Source: a virus | DNA: 64,000 bases | IMG/VR virus record: IMGVR_UViG_3300048589_001057 | Location: 16,519-80,518 of that record | Reading direction: 5' to 3' (one strand) | In this document: positions 9,613 through 18,897 of the stretch, in pieces | Layout of the letters: every line of letters begins with the position of its first letter | How positions within the stretch are numbered: the stretch's first letter is position 1 | Translations under genes and position numbers: made by a program | Notes under the pieces: model-generated | The model's input: only the letters and a program-made list of their open reading frames with translations | Told to the model about the DNA's origin: nothing | The model's database searches: none

Positions 9613-10083
9613 ATGGCAAAGATATCAAATCCCCGGAAGGGCTTTAATTTCAGCATTTCTTTTCCCCAACTATATATCAATCCTTTCCTGTTTCAACAGG
9701 TAGACTTACCGGATTCTGAAGTTGAGGTAGTAGAACATGCCGATAGCAATTTCGATGTAAAAACTGGTGGCCGTAGGAAAATTGGCAATATCACTTTGGA
9801 AAAGCTCCTAACAACTAATCGTGGGAGCGAGGGTAATTATTTTTGGGATTGGCATGATTCCATTGCTAATGCCCATCTAGGAGGTGGTCTACCACCAATA
9901 GAATATTGGAGAACCATGATAGTCGAGGAATTGGCTGAAGATGGAGTAACCCCAATCGCCAGGTGGGTATGCGAGAATGTATGGCCACACAAGATAGATG
10001 GCCAAAGCCATGCCCGTAAGAGTTCAGATAATACAATTGAAAAAATCGAGATGTCAGTGGAGAAAGTAAGTAAAATATATTAA
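9613..10083 (+). CDS. Tail tube protein (T4 gp19-like)
   Basis: KTGGRRKIGNITLEK, FWDW, RW...NVWP.K motifs; follows the sheath gene. Confidence 0.88.
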   Translation: MAKISNPRKGFNFSISFPQLYINPFLFQQVDLPDSEVEVVEHADSNFDVKTGGRRKIGNITLEKLLTTNRGSEGNYFWDWHDSIANAHLGGGLPPIEYWRTMIVEELAEDGVTPIARWVCENVWPHKIDGQSHARKSSDNTIEKIEMSVEKVSKIY

Positions 10084-10163
10084 TCCACACTACTTCTTAA
10101 ATGCCGGGGAACTATTAATAATAAAAGTAGTTCCCCTTATTTATTTACCCTAACCCCAAAACA

Positions 10164-10958
10164 ATGGAACAGTCAATTTTAGTAGAATTGGTTAAGCAGT
10201 ATGGCCAAGTAAAAGACATGATACTACCTTCAGGTATTGAGGTAGTTATCCGTGAACAAAATGGTGAGGATGAATCCTTACTATCTAACGTGGCTTTAAG
10301 TAAAAGCAGTGACTCCCTGAATTCATTCATCAGAGCCATGATAGTTTACCTTCCTACAGCAGTTAATCCTAATAGCCCTACCCTAGATGAGATAATGGTA
10401 CGGCCATTGAATGATAAGTATTTCATCTTAATAGCCTCCAGGATTTTCTCTCTCGGGTCAACCCTCGAGTTCAATTACTCTTGGGGAAAAGACACTGAGC
10501 CAGTAGCTTATAAAGAAGACCTTGAACAATACATCTGGGATTATTCTAAGCCATTACCCAAACTGGGTGAGCCTGATTATTTTGAACAACGTATACCAAA
10601 ATACGAATCCATTGACTCACATCACATGTTAACCCTGTCTAGTGGTAAGGTAGTTAGGTACAAACCCCTTGATTCTTATGGGGAGAAATACCTTCTAAAA
10701 CTACCTGATACAGAAAAACACATAAATCAAAAAGTCCTTGCCAGGGGATTGGAAATAAAGGTAAATGGTGAATTCACTCCAGTGGAATCCTTCGCTAATT
10801 TCAAATCCCGGGAGATGGCGGAAATCAGGGATCATATTGATAAGCATGACCCAGAATTTGCTGGTTTAACTGAATTAGAAAACCCCTATAATGCTGGGGA
10901 AATCGAGGTAATATCCATTATCCAGATACAGGATTTTTTCTTTCCACGGGGGATGTAG
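10164..10958 (+). CDS. Tail assembly chaperone/baseplate hub-like protein (short form)
   Basis: LPSG...IRE.NGEDE..L motif; ends FFFP; lies between tube and tape measure. Confidence 0.7.
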   Translation: MEQSILVELVKQYGQVKDMILPSGIEVVIREQNGEDESLLSNVALSKSSDSLNSFIRAMIVYLPTAVNPNSPTLDEIMVRPLNDKYFILIASRIFSLGSTLEFNYSWGKDTEPVAYKEDLEQYIWDYSKPLPKLGEPDYFEQRIPKYESIDSHHMLTLSSGKVVRYKPLDSYGEKYLLKLPDTEKHINQKVLARGLEIKVNGEFTPVESFANFKSREMAEIRDHIDKHDPEFAGLTELENPYNAGEIEVISIIQIQDFFFPRGM

Positions 10959-11095
10959 AATGGGAGTTTTTCTTTTTATCCCAATTCAATATGCACATTC
11001 CTCTAAAAGAGTTAAGGTTACTCCCTCTCTCTACCAGAAAAAAACTTCTAGGCTGGGCTAAAATAGAGAATGAGAAGTACAAAAAACTCCTTTAA
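10934..11095 (+). CDS. -1 frameshift extension of the tail assembly chaperone (gpGT-like)
   Basis: Slippery heptamer T TTT TTC at 10934-10940; the -1 frame is open to TAA at 11093-11095 (…DVEWEFFFLSQFNMHIPLKELRLLPLSTRKKLLGWAKIENEKYKKLL) and ends 2 nt before the TMP start. Confidence 0.75.
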   Translation, partial: FFLSTGDVEWEFFFLSQFNMHIPLKELRLLPLSTRKKLLGWAKIENEKYKKLL

Positions 11096-11097
11096 CT

Positions 11098-13125
11098 ATG
11101 CTCCTATATAACAGTTCCAACTTAAATCTTGGCCTCCGGATTTCCCTGATAGATAACTTCTCAGGTCCGGCTGCCAGGATTAGTGGAGCCTTCAAAAATC
11201 TCAAGAATGAGAAAAGCCTGTTCGAAGCTAATGCTAGAGCAGGCAGAGATATGTATAGGAGTTTGGCTATGGCTGGTACTGCCGCTACATTAGGTATGGG
11301 TGCTGCCTATAATAGAGGAGCTAAATTTGAATACATCATCCGTGGAGTTTCCGCTGCTGCTGAGGCTACTTCAGAGGAATTTGAGCAATTAAAAAAGACA
11401 GCTAATGCCTTGGGTGGTACTACAATGTTTACCCCCACAGAGGTTGGTACTGCTATGGAAATGCTGGCTAAAGCTGGCTATACTGCTAACCAAGTATTAA
11501 GTGCAACCTCCCCCATAGTTAACTTGGCTGGGGCCGCTATGGAAGATATCGGGCTATCAGCTGATATCGCGGTAAGCACCATGTACCAGTTTGGTATGGA
11601 AGCTTCCAACATGACCTACATTACTGACTTGCTAACCCAAGCTGCCTTGAAATCTAATGTGGGTCTTAAGGACTTGGGGGAATCCTTAAAGTACGCTTCA
11701 GCCACAGCTGTTGACCTTGGTCAAGATTTACCAACCGTATTGTCACTGATCATGACTTTGGGTAATGCCGGTATGAAAGGTTCTATGGCTGGGGTGGGGA
11801 TTGAAAATATGTATAGGTATATGGCTTTAGGTTTGGGCCAGTTCCGTAAACTGGGTAGATCAGAAGCCTGGGAGAAAGCTGGCCTAGATCCCACCAAGTT
11901 AGTAGATGCCAAGGGGAACTTAGTACCCATAATCAATATCCTAGAACAATTATCCAATGCTCTTTCAAAGTTTGGGGACGTTGACCAGCAAAATTTATTA
12001 TTCCAGATATTTGGAGTAAGGGGAAAAAGACCCCCATCAAAGTTCATCCAAGACCTTAGCCAAATACGCGGCCATATGAACTCTTTAGAGATGGCTGGAG
12101 GTAAAGCTGCTAATATGATGAAATTCATGATGGAGGGACCCCGGGGAGAATGGCTAAAACTACTTGCTGCCATGGAGTCTATGGCTAATGCCTTCGCTGA
12201 AGCCCTCGCTCCAGTTGTAATACCCATAATGTGGGGGCTTAACAAGATATTTACTGGTATATCTTGGTTTATGAACTCCATAGTAGGTTCAGGTATAACC
12301 CGCATATTGGCAGTTGGTATAGTACTTAAAACCGTAGTATGGGGAGTTAAATCCGCTATCTTTGGAGTTAGTCTAGCCTTATCTAGTTTGGGGGGTACTC
12401 TCCTGGGGATTAAAACCGCATGGGTAACTTCCATGGCTCAGATGAAGGCGGCTACTGCCCAGCTTGCTGGAGCCACAGCTATAACCGGTGCAGGGGGGGC
12501 AATAATGGGATATGGTAGAAGAGTAACTAATCCTAATATACGCCAAACTTCCAATGGTAGATTCTATCAGGTATTCCCAGGTACTGGTAGGGGTGCTAGA
12601 TTCATTAGTACCGCTGAAGCTACTCGCCTAAAAACCGGTAAGAATGCCCTTTTAAGAACCATGTTCTCAGGAGCTGGCTTGGCTAGTATGGGCCGTGGTG
12701 TTATGGCTTTCCTCGGTGGCCCCGTTGGAATGGGCATTATGGGGATAAGCTTAGTATTGCCTTTAATCTTACGTGGCTTAAATAAAAATACCGAGGCTAC
12801 AGAAGAATCCAACCAAGTTATCCAGGATGGTGCTAGGGAAAGTAGAAAATTAATTAGTATGATGGCTAATGAATTTTCTGGCTTAAAAAATACATATATA
12901 AGACAACTATATAATTCTTCAGGGTATGGCTCAGACAACACTGACTTCATATTAGCTAGAAGGTTAAATGAATATAAACAATCCCCCAATTTATTTGGTA
13001 AGAGGGAATTCTATGATTACAGTAACCCAGATAGGATTGATATATACCTTGATGGTAATCTGACAAAAACCATAGAGAGGAAAATTAATCGGAACATTAA
13101 TACCCAACTAAACATAGGTCTATAA
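11098..13125 (+). CDS. Tail tape measure protein (TP901-family core)
   Basis: LG.TT.FTP.EV..AME.LAKAGY, DLGESLKYA, LGNAGMKGSMAG motifs. Confidence 0.9.
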   Translation: MLLYNSSNLNLGLRISLIDNFSGPAARISGAFKNLKNEKSLFEANARAGRDMYRSLAMAGTAATLGMGAAYNRGAKFEYIIRGVSAAAEATSEEFEQLKKTANALGGTTMFTPTEVGTAMEMLAKAGYTANQVLSATSPIVNLAGAAMEDIGLSADIAVSTMYQFGMEASNMTYITDLLTQAALKSNVGLKDLGESLKYASATAVDLGQDLPTVLSLIMTLGNAGMKGSMAGVGIENMYRYMALGLGQFRKLGRSEAWEKAGLDPTKLVDAKGNLVPIINILEQLSNALSKFGDVDQQNLLFQIFGVRGKRPPSKFIQDLSQIRGHMNSLEMAGGKAANMMKFMMEGPRGEWLKLLAAMESMANAFAEALAPVVIPIMWGLNKIFTGISWFMNSIVGSGITRILAVGIVLKTVVWGVKSAIFGVSLALSSLGGTLLGIKTAWVTSMAQMKAATAQLAGATAITGAGGAIMGYGRRVTNPNIRQTSNGRFYQVFPGTGRGARFISTAEATRLKTGKNALLRTMFSGAGLASMGRGVMAFLGGPVGMGIMGISLVLPLILRGLNKNTEATEESNQVIQDGARESRKLISMMANEFSGLKNTYIRQLYNSSGYGSDNTDFILARRLNEYKQSPNLFGKREFYDYSNPDRIDIYLDGNLTKTIERKINRNINTQLNIGL

Positions 13126-13826
13126 TGGCTACCTACAATCTCCAAGACTTACTTCCAAAAGGTTTGTTATTAACTAACCGGATAATAGCTGAAGCCAGAC
13201 CTGGTACGTTAACTCATGATACAAACTCATCTGAGTTTACTAAAAAAATTAAAGCCAACCGCGAAGCTGGGTCAGTTTTAGCCTGGGAAAAAGAAACCCC
13301 AAAATCAGCCGTAGACTCCATTATTTTAGTGGACATGGATTTTGTAAAGGATGATAATAGGCATGGTAGATATTATGACACTTTAACCATCCCTACTATC
13401 CCCCGGGAAATCTCCTATGACCCTATGCCGAGCTGGTCTACAATAGCCTCTATAGGTAGGAATGCCCCTTTTTACAATTACTCTGGGTCAGAAGATACCC
13501 TCACCTTCGAGATCGATTGGTTCTCAAAAGCTGATGATCGTTCATACGTACTCTATGCCTGTAGATGGGTAGAAGCTCTTACTAAAGCCAATGGCTACAA
13601 TGGAGACCCACATAGGCTAAAACTCATATGGGGTAAAGATGCCCTACTATTTAAAGATGTGGTATGGGTAGTTCATAAAGCCAGCTACAGACTATCCCAG
13701 TTCCATAAGGGCAAGTCCATGCTACCCCAGCAGGCTTACCAAGAAATAATTTTAAAGAAGGTATTGGATAAAAACTCAACAGATGAGGATATATTCGGAA
13801 CTTCCTTTAACTACCGCAACTTATGA
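13125..13826 (+). CDS. Tail tube initiator/baseplate protein
   Basis: W..IASIGRNAPFYNYSGSE..LTFEI, P..LKLIWG, LPQQA motifs; synteny. Confidence 0.65.
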   Translation: MATYNLQDLLPKGLLLTNRIIAEARPGTLTHDTNSSEFTKKIKANREAGSVLAWEKETPKSAVDSIILVDMDFVKDDNRHGRYYDTLTIPTIPREISYDPMPSWSTIASIGRNAPFYNYSGSEDTLTFEIDWFSKADDRSYVLYACRWVEALTKANGYNGDPHRLKLIWGKDALLFKDVVWVVHKASYRLSQFHKGKSMLPQQAYQEIILKKVLDKNSTDEDIFGTSFNYRNL

Positions 13827-14074
13827 CAGAACTTTATAAAGACCTATATATCTGGGAATTCTCAGACGGTTCAAAGATGGCCCTTGAGGCTAACTCTATT
13901 GTTGTGGGTAGCCCATTAACCCATGTTGCTAGTAAGTGGGATACTCTATGGGGTATATCCTTTAGATACTACGGAACTCATAAGTTATGGTTTGTTATAG
14001 CAGAGGCTAATGACCTGATTGACCCTTTTCAGGACCTCAGTAATATGAACCTAATCATACCTAACAATGGCTAA
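13823..14074 (+). CDS. LysM/gp53/tail-X-like baseplate protein
   Basis: DTLWGISFRYYG...LWFVIAEANDLIDP motif. Confidence 0.8.
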   Translation: MTELYKDLYIWEFSDGSKMALEANSIVVGSPLTHVASKWDTLWGISFRYYGTHKLWFVIAEANDLIDPFQDLSNMNLIIPNNG

Positions 14075-16052
14075 TATAGTATCTCCTGAAAAACCCTTAT
14101 TCCCTGGGTATGGGACTCCATTTTTAAGTATCTACGACCGAGATAAAAAGCTCATCTTGGATAAGATCACCCTAGATGATGGAACTGATAGGCCTTTGGC
14201 TTTATCAGATTTTTCATATACCTTTAATGAGACTGAAGATGATATGGGGAGTATTACCCTTCATAGTGATTCCCCAGCCTTCATGGATAACTTCAGATTT
14301 AGGCATAAAGGTGTTCTGTATATCCAATGGGGTTGGTTGAATGGTGATAAAAGGCCTTTACTTAGGGTACTGATACGTAATTTCAAGGAGACCTATAATA
14401 GTAGTGGGTATTCTTTAAACCTGTCTATATCGGATAATTATGCCCCAGCCAAAAACTCAAAATCCCCAACTCGGGCAAAACTTGAACAAACCCTGTCTGC
14501 ATTAACTGGTATATTGAAAGATCCTAGCAAAGAGATCGAAATTGAGAGGTTCCTAAACCCTCTAACAGGGGCTAACATGGATTCAATAAGCTTGCCATTA
14601 AATACAGATATCCTAGAAATTGACAAGCCGGATTCAACAGCTTGGAAAATAGACTTTAGTATCCCACCCCCTAAAGAAAAAACCGGGCTTTTGGATGATG
14701 CTACTCTTCGTTTCTTTGAAAGCTTGGGGTATGCTCCGGGGACAGTACCCGAAGGTTATGATGTTGAGAATAAGCAATGGAAAGAAGGTGAGGAGCCTAA
14801 AAGTAAAGATCAGGGTACTGTATACACTGGTACTAATATGAACAACCTAACCCAGGACTTCATTGATAAGACCTCGGAAGAACCCACAGTAGTTAGTGGT
14901 AGTGATGGGGAAGTTAAGATATTCAAACGTAGGAGAGTTTCATTGTTCCCTCCAATAACAGAATATACCTTTAGGGGGGGTGATGGTAGGTTACTGGAAT
15001 TCAACTATGATTCAGATGCCACTTATGATGATGATGATAGTGTTCTACGTACTCTTAGTGTTAATCCTGAAACAGGGGCAGTACAAGTAACAGACTATGC
15101 CAATTCGGTTAGACGTATAGCTGATGCCTATGACCCATTTCAATATGAGGGATTAAAATTCGATGCCAAAGCTTATGAGGCTGCCATGGAACTAGCTTTA
15201 AATGGAAGACCCATAAATGAACTAGGTATTGATAGACAGGCTCCTGTAACCGACGCCATATCAAAACCCATGTTAATCCAGTGGGGTACCACAGAGAATG
15301 CCTCTGGGGGGATAAACGTTGCCCGGGATAATACCGCTGTGGTAACTCAATTCCGTTCAGTACCCCTTAGTCAAACAGCAGAGGCAATTGATATAATAGA
15401 AAATGAACTAAAGAACCTCAAAGCTGAGGACGCCTTTAGGACCAGAGCTACAGCTAAGACCTTGGGTGATCCCTCTATATCCAATGGTGTTAATATCCTC
15501 ATCAAGGGTTTATCCAAAGCCAGGCAAGGCACTTACCATATCACCTCTTGTACCCATACAATTGGGAGTTCAGGTTATACTAATTCCTATGAGATGTATA
15601 AAGTAAGTGATATCCCTAGTTCAGTGGATGTCATCAAATCTGGTAAAACCTCTACAGAGATAAACAAGGAAATATCTGATAAAGATAACACCCTGAAGAG
15701 CCAAGCTAGGTATCAATCCCTAATGGAAAGCCAGGGTTATATTCCAATATACGAGATAGTTAATACTGACTACTACGAGGAAATGAATAAGTTAGATAAG
15801 GATTGGGTTACCAAAGTAGGCTATACTGATTATGAGATTATCTATGATATCCCCAATTTCAAAGGTACAGGGGAAAAACTCGTGGGGGCAAGAATGGTTA
15901 TAAGAGTGCCTAATAATCCCACTTCTCTTACCCATGGTAAAACCCTGGATAGCATATTGGGTTTTGATGATCTCTATAGGGTTATAGGTGCCCGAGCTTT
16001 AAATGCCACAGTAATCAAAACTAAAACCATAAAAGGTAACAACGTATTATAA
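14067..16052 (+). CDS. Baseplate hub (P2 gpD/T4 gp27-like)
   Basis: IQWGW, GDPSI..G..I.IKGL....QGTYHITSCTHTI..SGYT motifs. Confidence 0.75.
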   Translation: MANIVSPEKPLFPGYGTPFLSIYDRDKKLILDKITLDDGTDRPLALSDFSYTFNETEDDMGSITLHSDSPAFMDNFRFRHKGVLYIQWGWLNGDKRPLLRVLIRNFKETYNSSGYSLNLSISDNYAPAKNSKSPTRAKLEQTLSALTGILKDPSKEIEIERFLNPLTGANMDSISLPLNTDILEIDKPDSTAWKIDFSIPPPKEKTGLLDDATLRFFESLGYAPGTVPEGYDVENKQWKEGEEPKSKDQGTVYTGTNMNNLTQDFIDKTSEEPTVVSGSDGEVKIFKRRRVSLFPPITEYTFRGGDGRLLEFNYDSDATYDDDDSVLRTLSVNPETGAVQVTDYANSVRRIADAYDPFQYEGLKFDAKAYEAAMELALNGRPINELGIDRQAPVTDAISKPMLIQWGTTENASGGINVARDNTAVVTQFRSVPLSQTAEAIDIIENELKNLKAEDAFRTRATAKTLGDPSISNGVNILIKGLSKARQGTYHITSCTHTIGSSGYTNSYEMYKVSDIPSSVDVIKSGKTSTEINKEISDKDNTLKSQARYQSLMESQGYIPIYEIVNTDYYEEMNKLDKDWVTKVGYTDYEIIYDIPNFKGTGEKLVGARMVIRVPNNPTSLTHGKTLDSILGFDDLYRVIGARALNATVIKTKTIKGNNVL

Positions 16053-16792
16053 TGGAAGGCCTACAAAGCATACTTAAGAAAGTCCGTAAGTTTGGGTTAG
16101 AGTTTATAGGTTTATACTATTCCTCTTACCCTGCTTATGTTGTAAGTAGCCTAGACCCTCTTGGGCAAAACCGTTTACAAGTTATAATCCCAACTATCTT
16201 CGGGTATCCATCTTTACCCATGTGGGTTAGTTCAAAAGGGCTATCCCCAAGAGTACACAACTTACCCGGTATTGGGGAGTTAGTTTGGGTGGAATTCCTC
16301 CATGGCCGTTTAGAGAGTGGTATATGGTCATACTCTGGTCCCCTCAAAGGGGCTAAGCCAGAAGAATTTAAATCCGAAAAAGTATACGGCTTTAAATCAC
16401 CAGGGGGTTATATGGTACTCATTGATGAAATAGATGAGACTATGTCCATGACCCACCCTTCAGGCCAATCGGTCATAATAACTAAGGAATTTACTAAGAT
16501 CACTTCTGAGGATATCCGCCTTACCCAGGAGGAAGTTGAAGAGAAAAGCCCTTTGGGGAATAGCCTAGACAATGATATCAAATCCGCCCTTAGCAAATTG
16601 GAATCCCTACTGGGTGATTTAAGTACTTTTTCAACCACTCAAGCTGCCGTATCGGCAGGGCCACTAGAACCTTACAAGGTTGGCTATACTACTCTAAACA
16701 CCAAAGCTCAATCCCTAAAATCCCAACTATCAAAAATCATCACCAAGTTCGAAGATGGCAGCCACCTATCTGATAAGGTAAAACTGTCTTGA
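16052..16792 (+). CDS. Baseplate spike (gpV/gp5 OB-fold)
   Basis: DPLGQNRLQV.IP, LPGIGELVWVEFLHG motifs. Confidence 0.8.
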   Translation: MEGLQSILKKVRKFGLEFIGLYYSSYPAYVVSSLDPLGQNRLQVIIPTIFGYPSLPMWVSSKGLSPRVHNLPGIGELVWVEFLHGRLESGIWSYSGPLKGAKPEEFKSEKVYGFKSPGGYMVLIDEIDETMSMTHPSGQSVIITKEFTKITSEDIRLTQEEVEEKSPLGNSLDNDIKSALSKLESLLGDLSTFSTTQAAVSAGPLEPYKVGYTTLNTKAQSLKSQLSKIITKFEDGSHLSDKVKLS

Positions 16793-16814
16793 ACAAGATT
16801 ACCTCCTTAATAAT

Positions 16815-17207
16815 ATGCAAGCAACTAGTTTCTTAGGTAAAGGTTTAAGTTTCCCAGTGGTATTGGAAAATGGCAGTGCAAAGCTATCAGACCATTACAT
16901 ATTAATTGAGAGTTCCATAAAGACTATCCTATCTTGGCCTTTATACCAAAGATTCTTTAATCCTTACTTTGGGTCAAGGTTATGGCAGTTACTTGGAGAG
17001 CCAAATGACTTAGTCCTGCATTCTCTAGTAAATACGTTTATAATAGAAGCACTTTCTTATTGGGAGAAACGTATTACTATACTAGAATCTTCAATAGCTA
17101 GCCTAGAGGCAGATAAACTTATAGTTAATATAAGTTATAAAATAAAGAAATCTTCCGAGCTAAGGGAATTGGCATACACCTTTTACTTAAACACCTATGA
17201 ATATTAA
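16815..17207 (+). CDS. Baseplate wedge gp25/gpW-like
   Basis: FLGKGLSFP, SIKTIL...QRFFNPYFGSRL, WEKRI motifs. Confidence 0.88.
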   Translation: MQATSFLGKGLSFPVVLENGSAKLSDHYILIESSIKTILSWPLYQRFFNPYFGSRLWQLLGEPNDLVLHSLVNTFIIEALSYWEKRITILESSIASLEADKLIVNISYKIKKSSELRELAYTFYLNTYEY

Positions 17208-18897
17208 CAACCCTTGGGTAGGCTACCTCGATAGGTCCTTTTCAAATATCAAAGCCTCCGTACTTAAGCGACTCCGGGTATTAGCCCCAGAGATTACTGA
17301 CTACTCAGAAAGTAACCCCCTGGTTATCCTAGTAAGTATTTTTTCTGGCATTACCGAAATGCTAAATTACTACATTGATAGCCAAGCCAGGGAAGTATTC
17401 TTGGCAACTGCCAGAAAGTTTGATTCCCTTATTAAACTGTCCAGGCTGGTAAATTACAGGATAAAAGCCAGTATATCGGCTTCAGTAGATTTAACCTTCA
17501 CCACTTATGATAGTGATGGAGAAACTATAGTAGTTAATTCTACTCCCATAGTAATACCCATGAACACAGCCATAGCCACTTCCTCTGGGATTCAATACCT
17601 TACAACTAGAGAAGCTAAGATACTTCCTGGATTCTTTAATGTATCGGTCCCAGCAAGGCAAAGAGTAATTCATGGTATAACCAGTTTAGGGGTATCTACC
17701 GGTGCTGCAGATCAACAAATAGCCTTACCATTAGACTTTGAAGATGGGACTCTATATGTACAGGTTGGAGGCGTAACCTGGGACTACAAAGAACATTTCG
17801 GGTTTTCATTACCAACCTCCCAACACTTCACGGTTATCATAGGGTTATCATATTCCCCATACTTATTGTTTGGGGATAATATTCATGGGGCTATCCCAAC
17901 AGCTGGAGCCACTATAGAAATCGCCTACCGGTCCACATCTGGTATTCGGGGTAGAGTACCGGCTCAGACATTAACTGAGATAGTTAGTACCTTAACCATC
18001 CCCTCGGGGGAGACCCAGATAGCTGAGATAGGGGTAACGAATATAAATGCCTCTGCTAGTGGCCTAGATGTTGAGTCTACTGAGTTACTCCGGAAGTCAA
18101 TACCATTATCTATACGTACCTTGGACAGGGCAGTAACAGAACAAGATTATAATGATATTGCCAAGCTAGCACCTTCAGTGGATAAAGCTAAAGTCTTTTT
18201 CAACTGTGGTAAGAAAGTAAAAATATATGTTGCCCCAATTGGTGGTGGTATAGCTTCGCTCCCTATGATGGCAGATATACTAGCTTTTATGAATGTAAGG
18301 AAGATGATCACTACTTTCATTGATATCCAAGCTGCCGGGGAAACTTATATTGGCATGGATATAGTGGCTACTTCTAGGTTTAGGATTAACACTCAGCTGA
18401 CTGTATTGGATATGCAAAAAGCCTTGGTGGATGCCTACTCATCAGTTAATTCGGATATAAATAAGGCTATAAGAATATCCGATATATATGCCTTACTCGA
18501 TAATTTAGAGAGGGTAGATTACCTACAATTGGTAAACATATATTGGGTACCTTATGCTAGGCCTTATGATAGTGATCTTCAACTAGATTGGGATAGAAAA
18601 ACTTTACTTGGTTCTACCACTAAAATACTATGGCAATTGGTATACAATGGGTCAACCTTCCAATTATTCAGGGCTGGAGTATTCATCACAGCTATAGCCA
18701 TTGGAGTTCAGTACACCCACGAGAATTTACTGGAGATAACAATTAATTCATTACCTGCAGGAATAGCCTCAGGTAATAGATGGACTTTTTATACTTACCC
18801 TGTAAATCAGGATTTACAATTGGATGACTACACTGTCCCCAGGGTTTCTCCAGATTTACAATACATTGACATTTTAGTTAACGAAGGAAATGGTTAA
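17197..18897 (+). CDS. Baseplate J/gp6-like wedge protein
   Basis: YLDRSF, PEITDYSESNP, LNYYID..A.E.FL.TA, RAVTEQDY motifs. Confidence 0.88.
   Translation: MNINNPWVGYLDRSFSNIKASVLKRLRVLAPEITDYSESNPLVILVSIFSGITEMLNYYIDSQAREVFLATARKFDSLIKLSRLVNYRIKASISASVDLTFTTYDSDGETIVVNSTPIVIPMNTAIATSSGIQYLTTREAKILPGFFNVSVPARQRVIHGITSLGVSTGAADQQIALPLDFEDGTLYVQVGGVTWDYKEHFGFSLPTSQHFTVIIGLSYSPYLLFGDNIHGAIPTAGATIEIAYRSTSGIRGRVPAQTLTEIVSTLTIPSGETQIAEIGVTNINASASGLDVESTELLRKSIPLSIRTLDRAVTEQDYNDIAKLAPSVDKAKVFFNCGKKVKIYVAPIGGGIASLPMMADILAFMNVRKMITTFIDIQAAGETYIGMDIVATSRFRINTQLTVLDMQKALVDAYSSVNSDINKAIRISDIYALLDNLERVDYLQLVNIYWVPYARPYDSDLQLDWDRKTLLGSTTKILWQLVYNGSTFQLFRAGVFITAIAIGVQYTHENLLEITINSLPAGIASGNRWTFYTYPVNQDLQLDDYTVPRVSPDLQYIDILVNEGNG

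Noticed and set aside
11721-12989. Long minus-strand ORFs opposite the tape measure gene, and similar short antisense ORFs elsewhere
   Set aside because: Antisense shadows of well-supported plus-strand genes with no promoter or domain evidence
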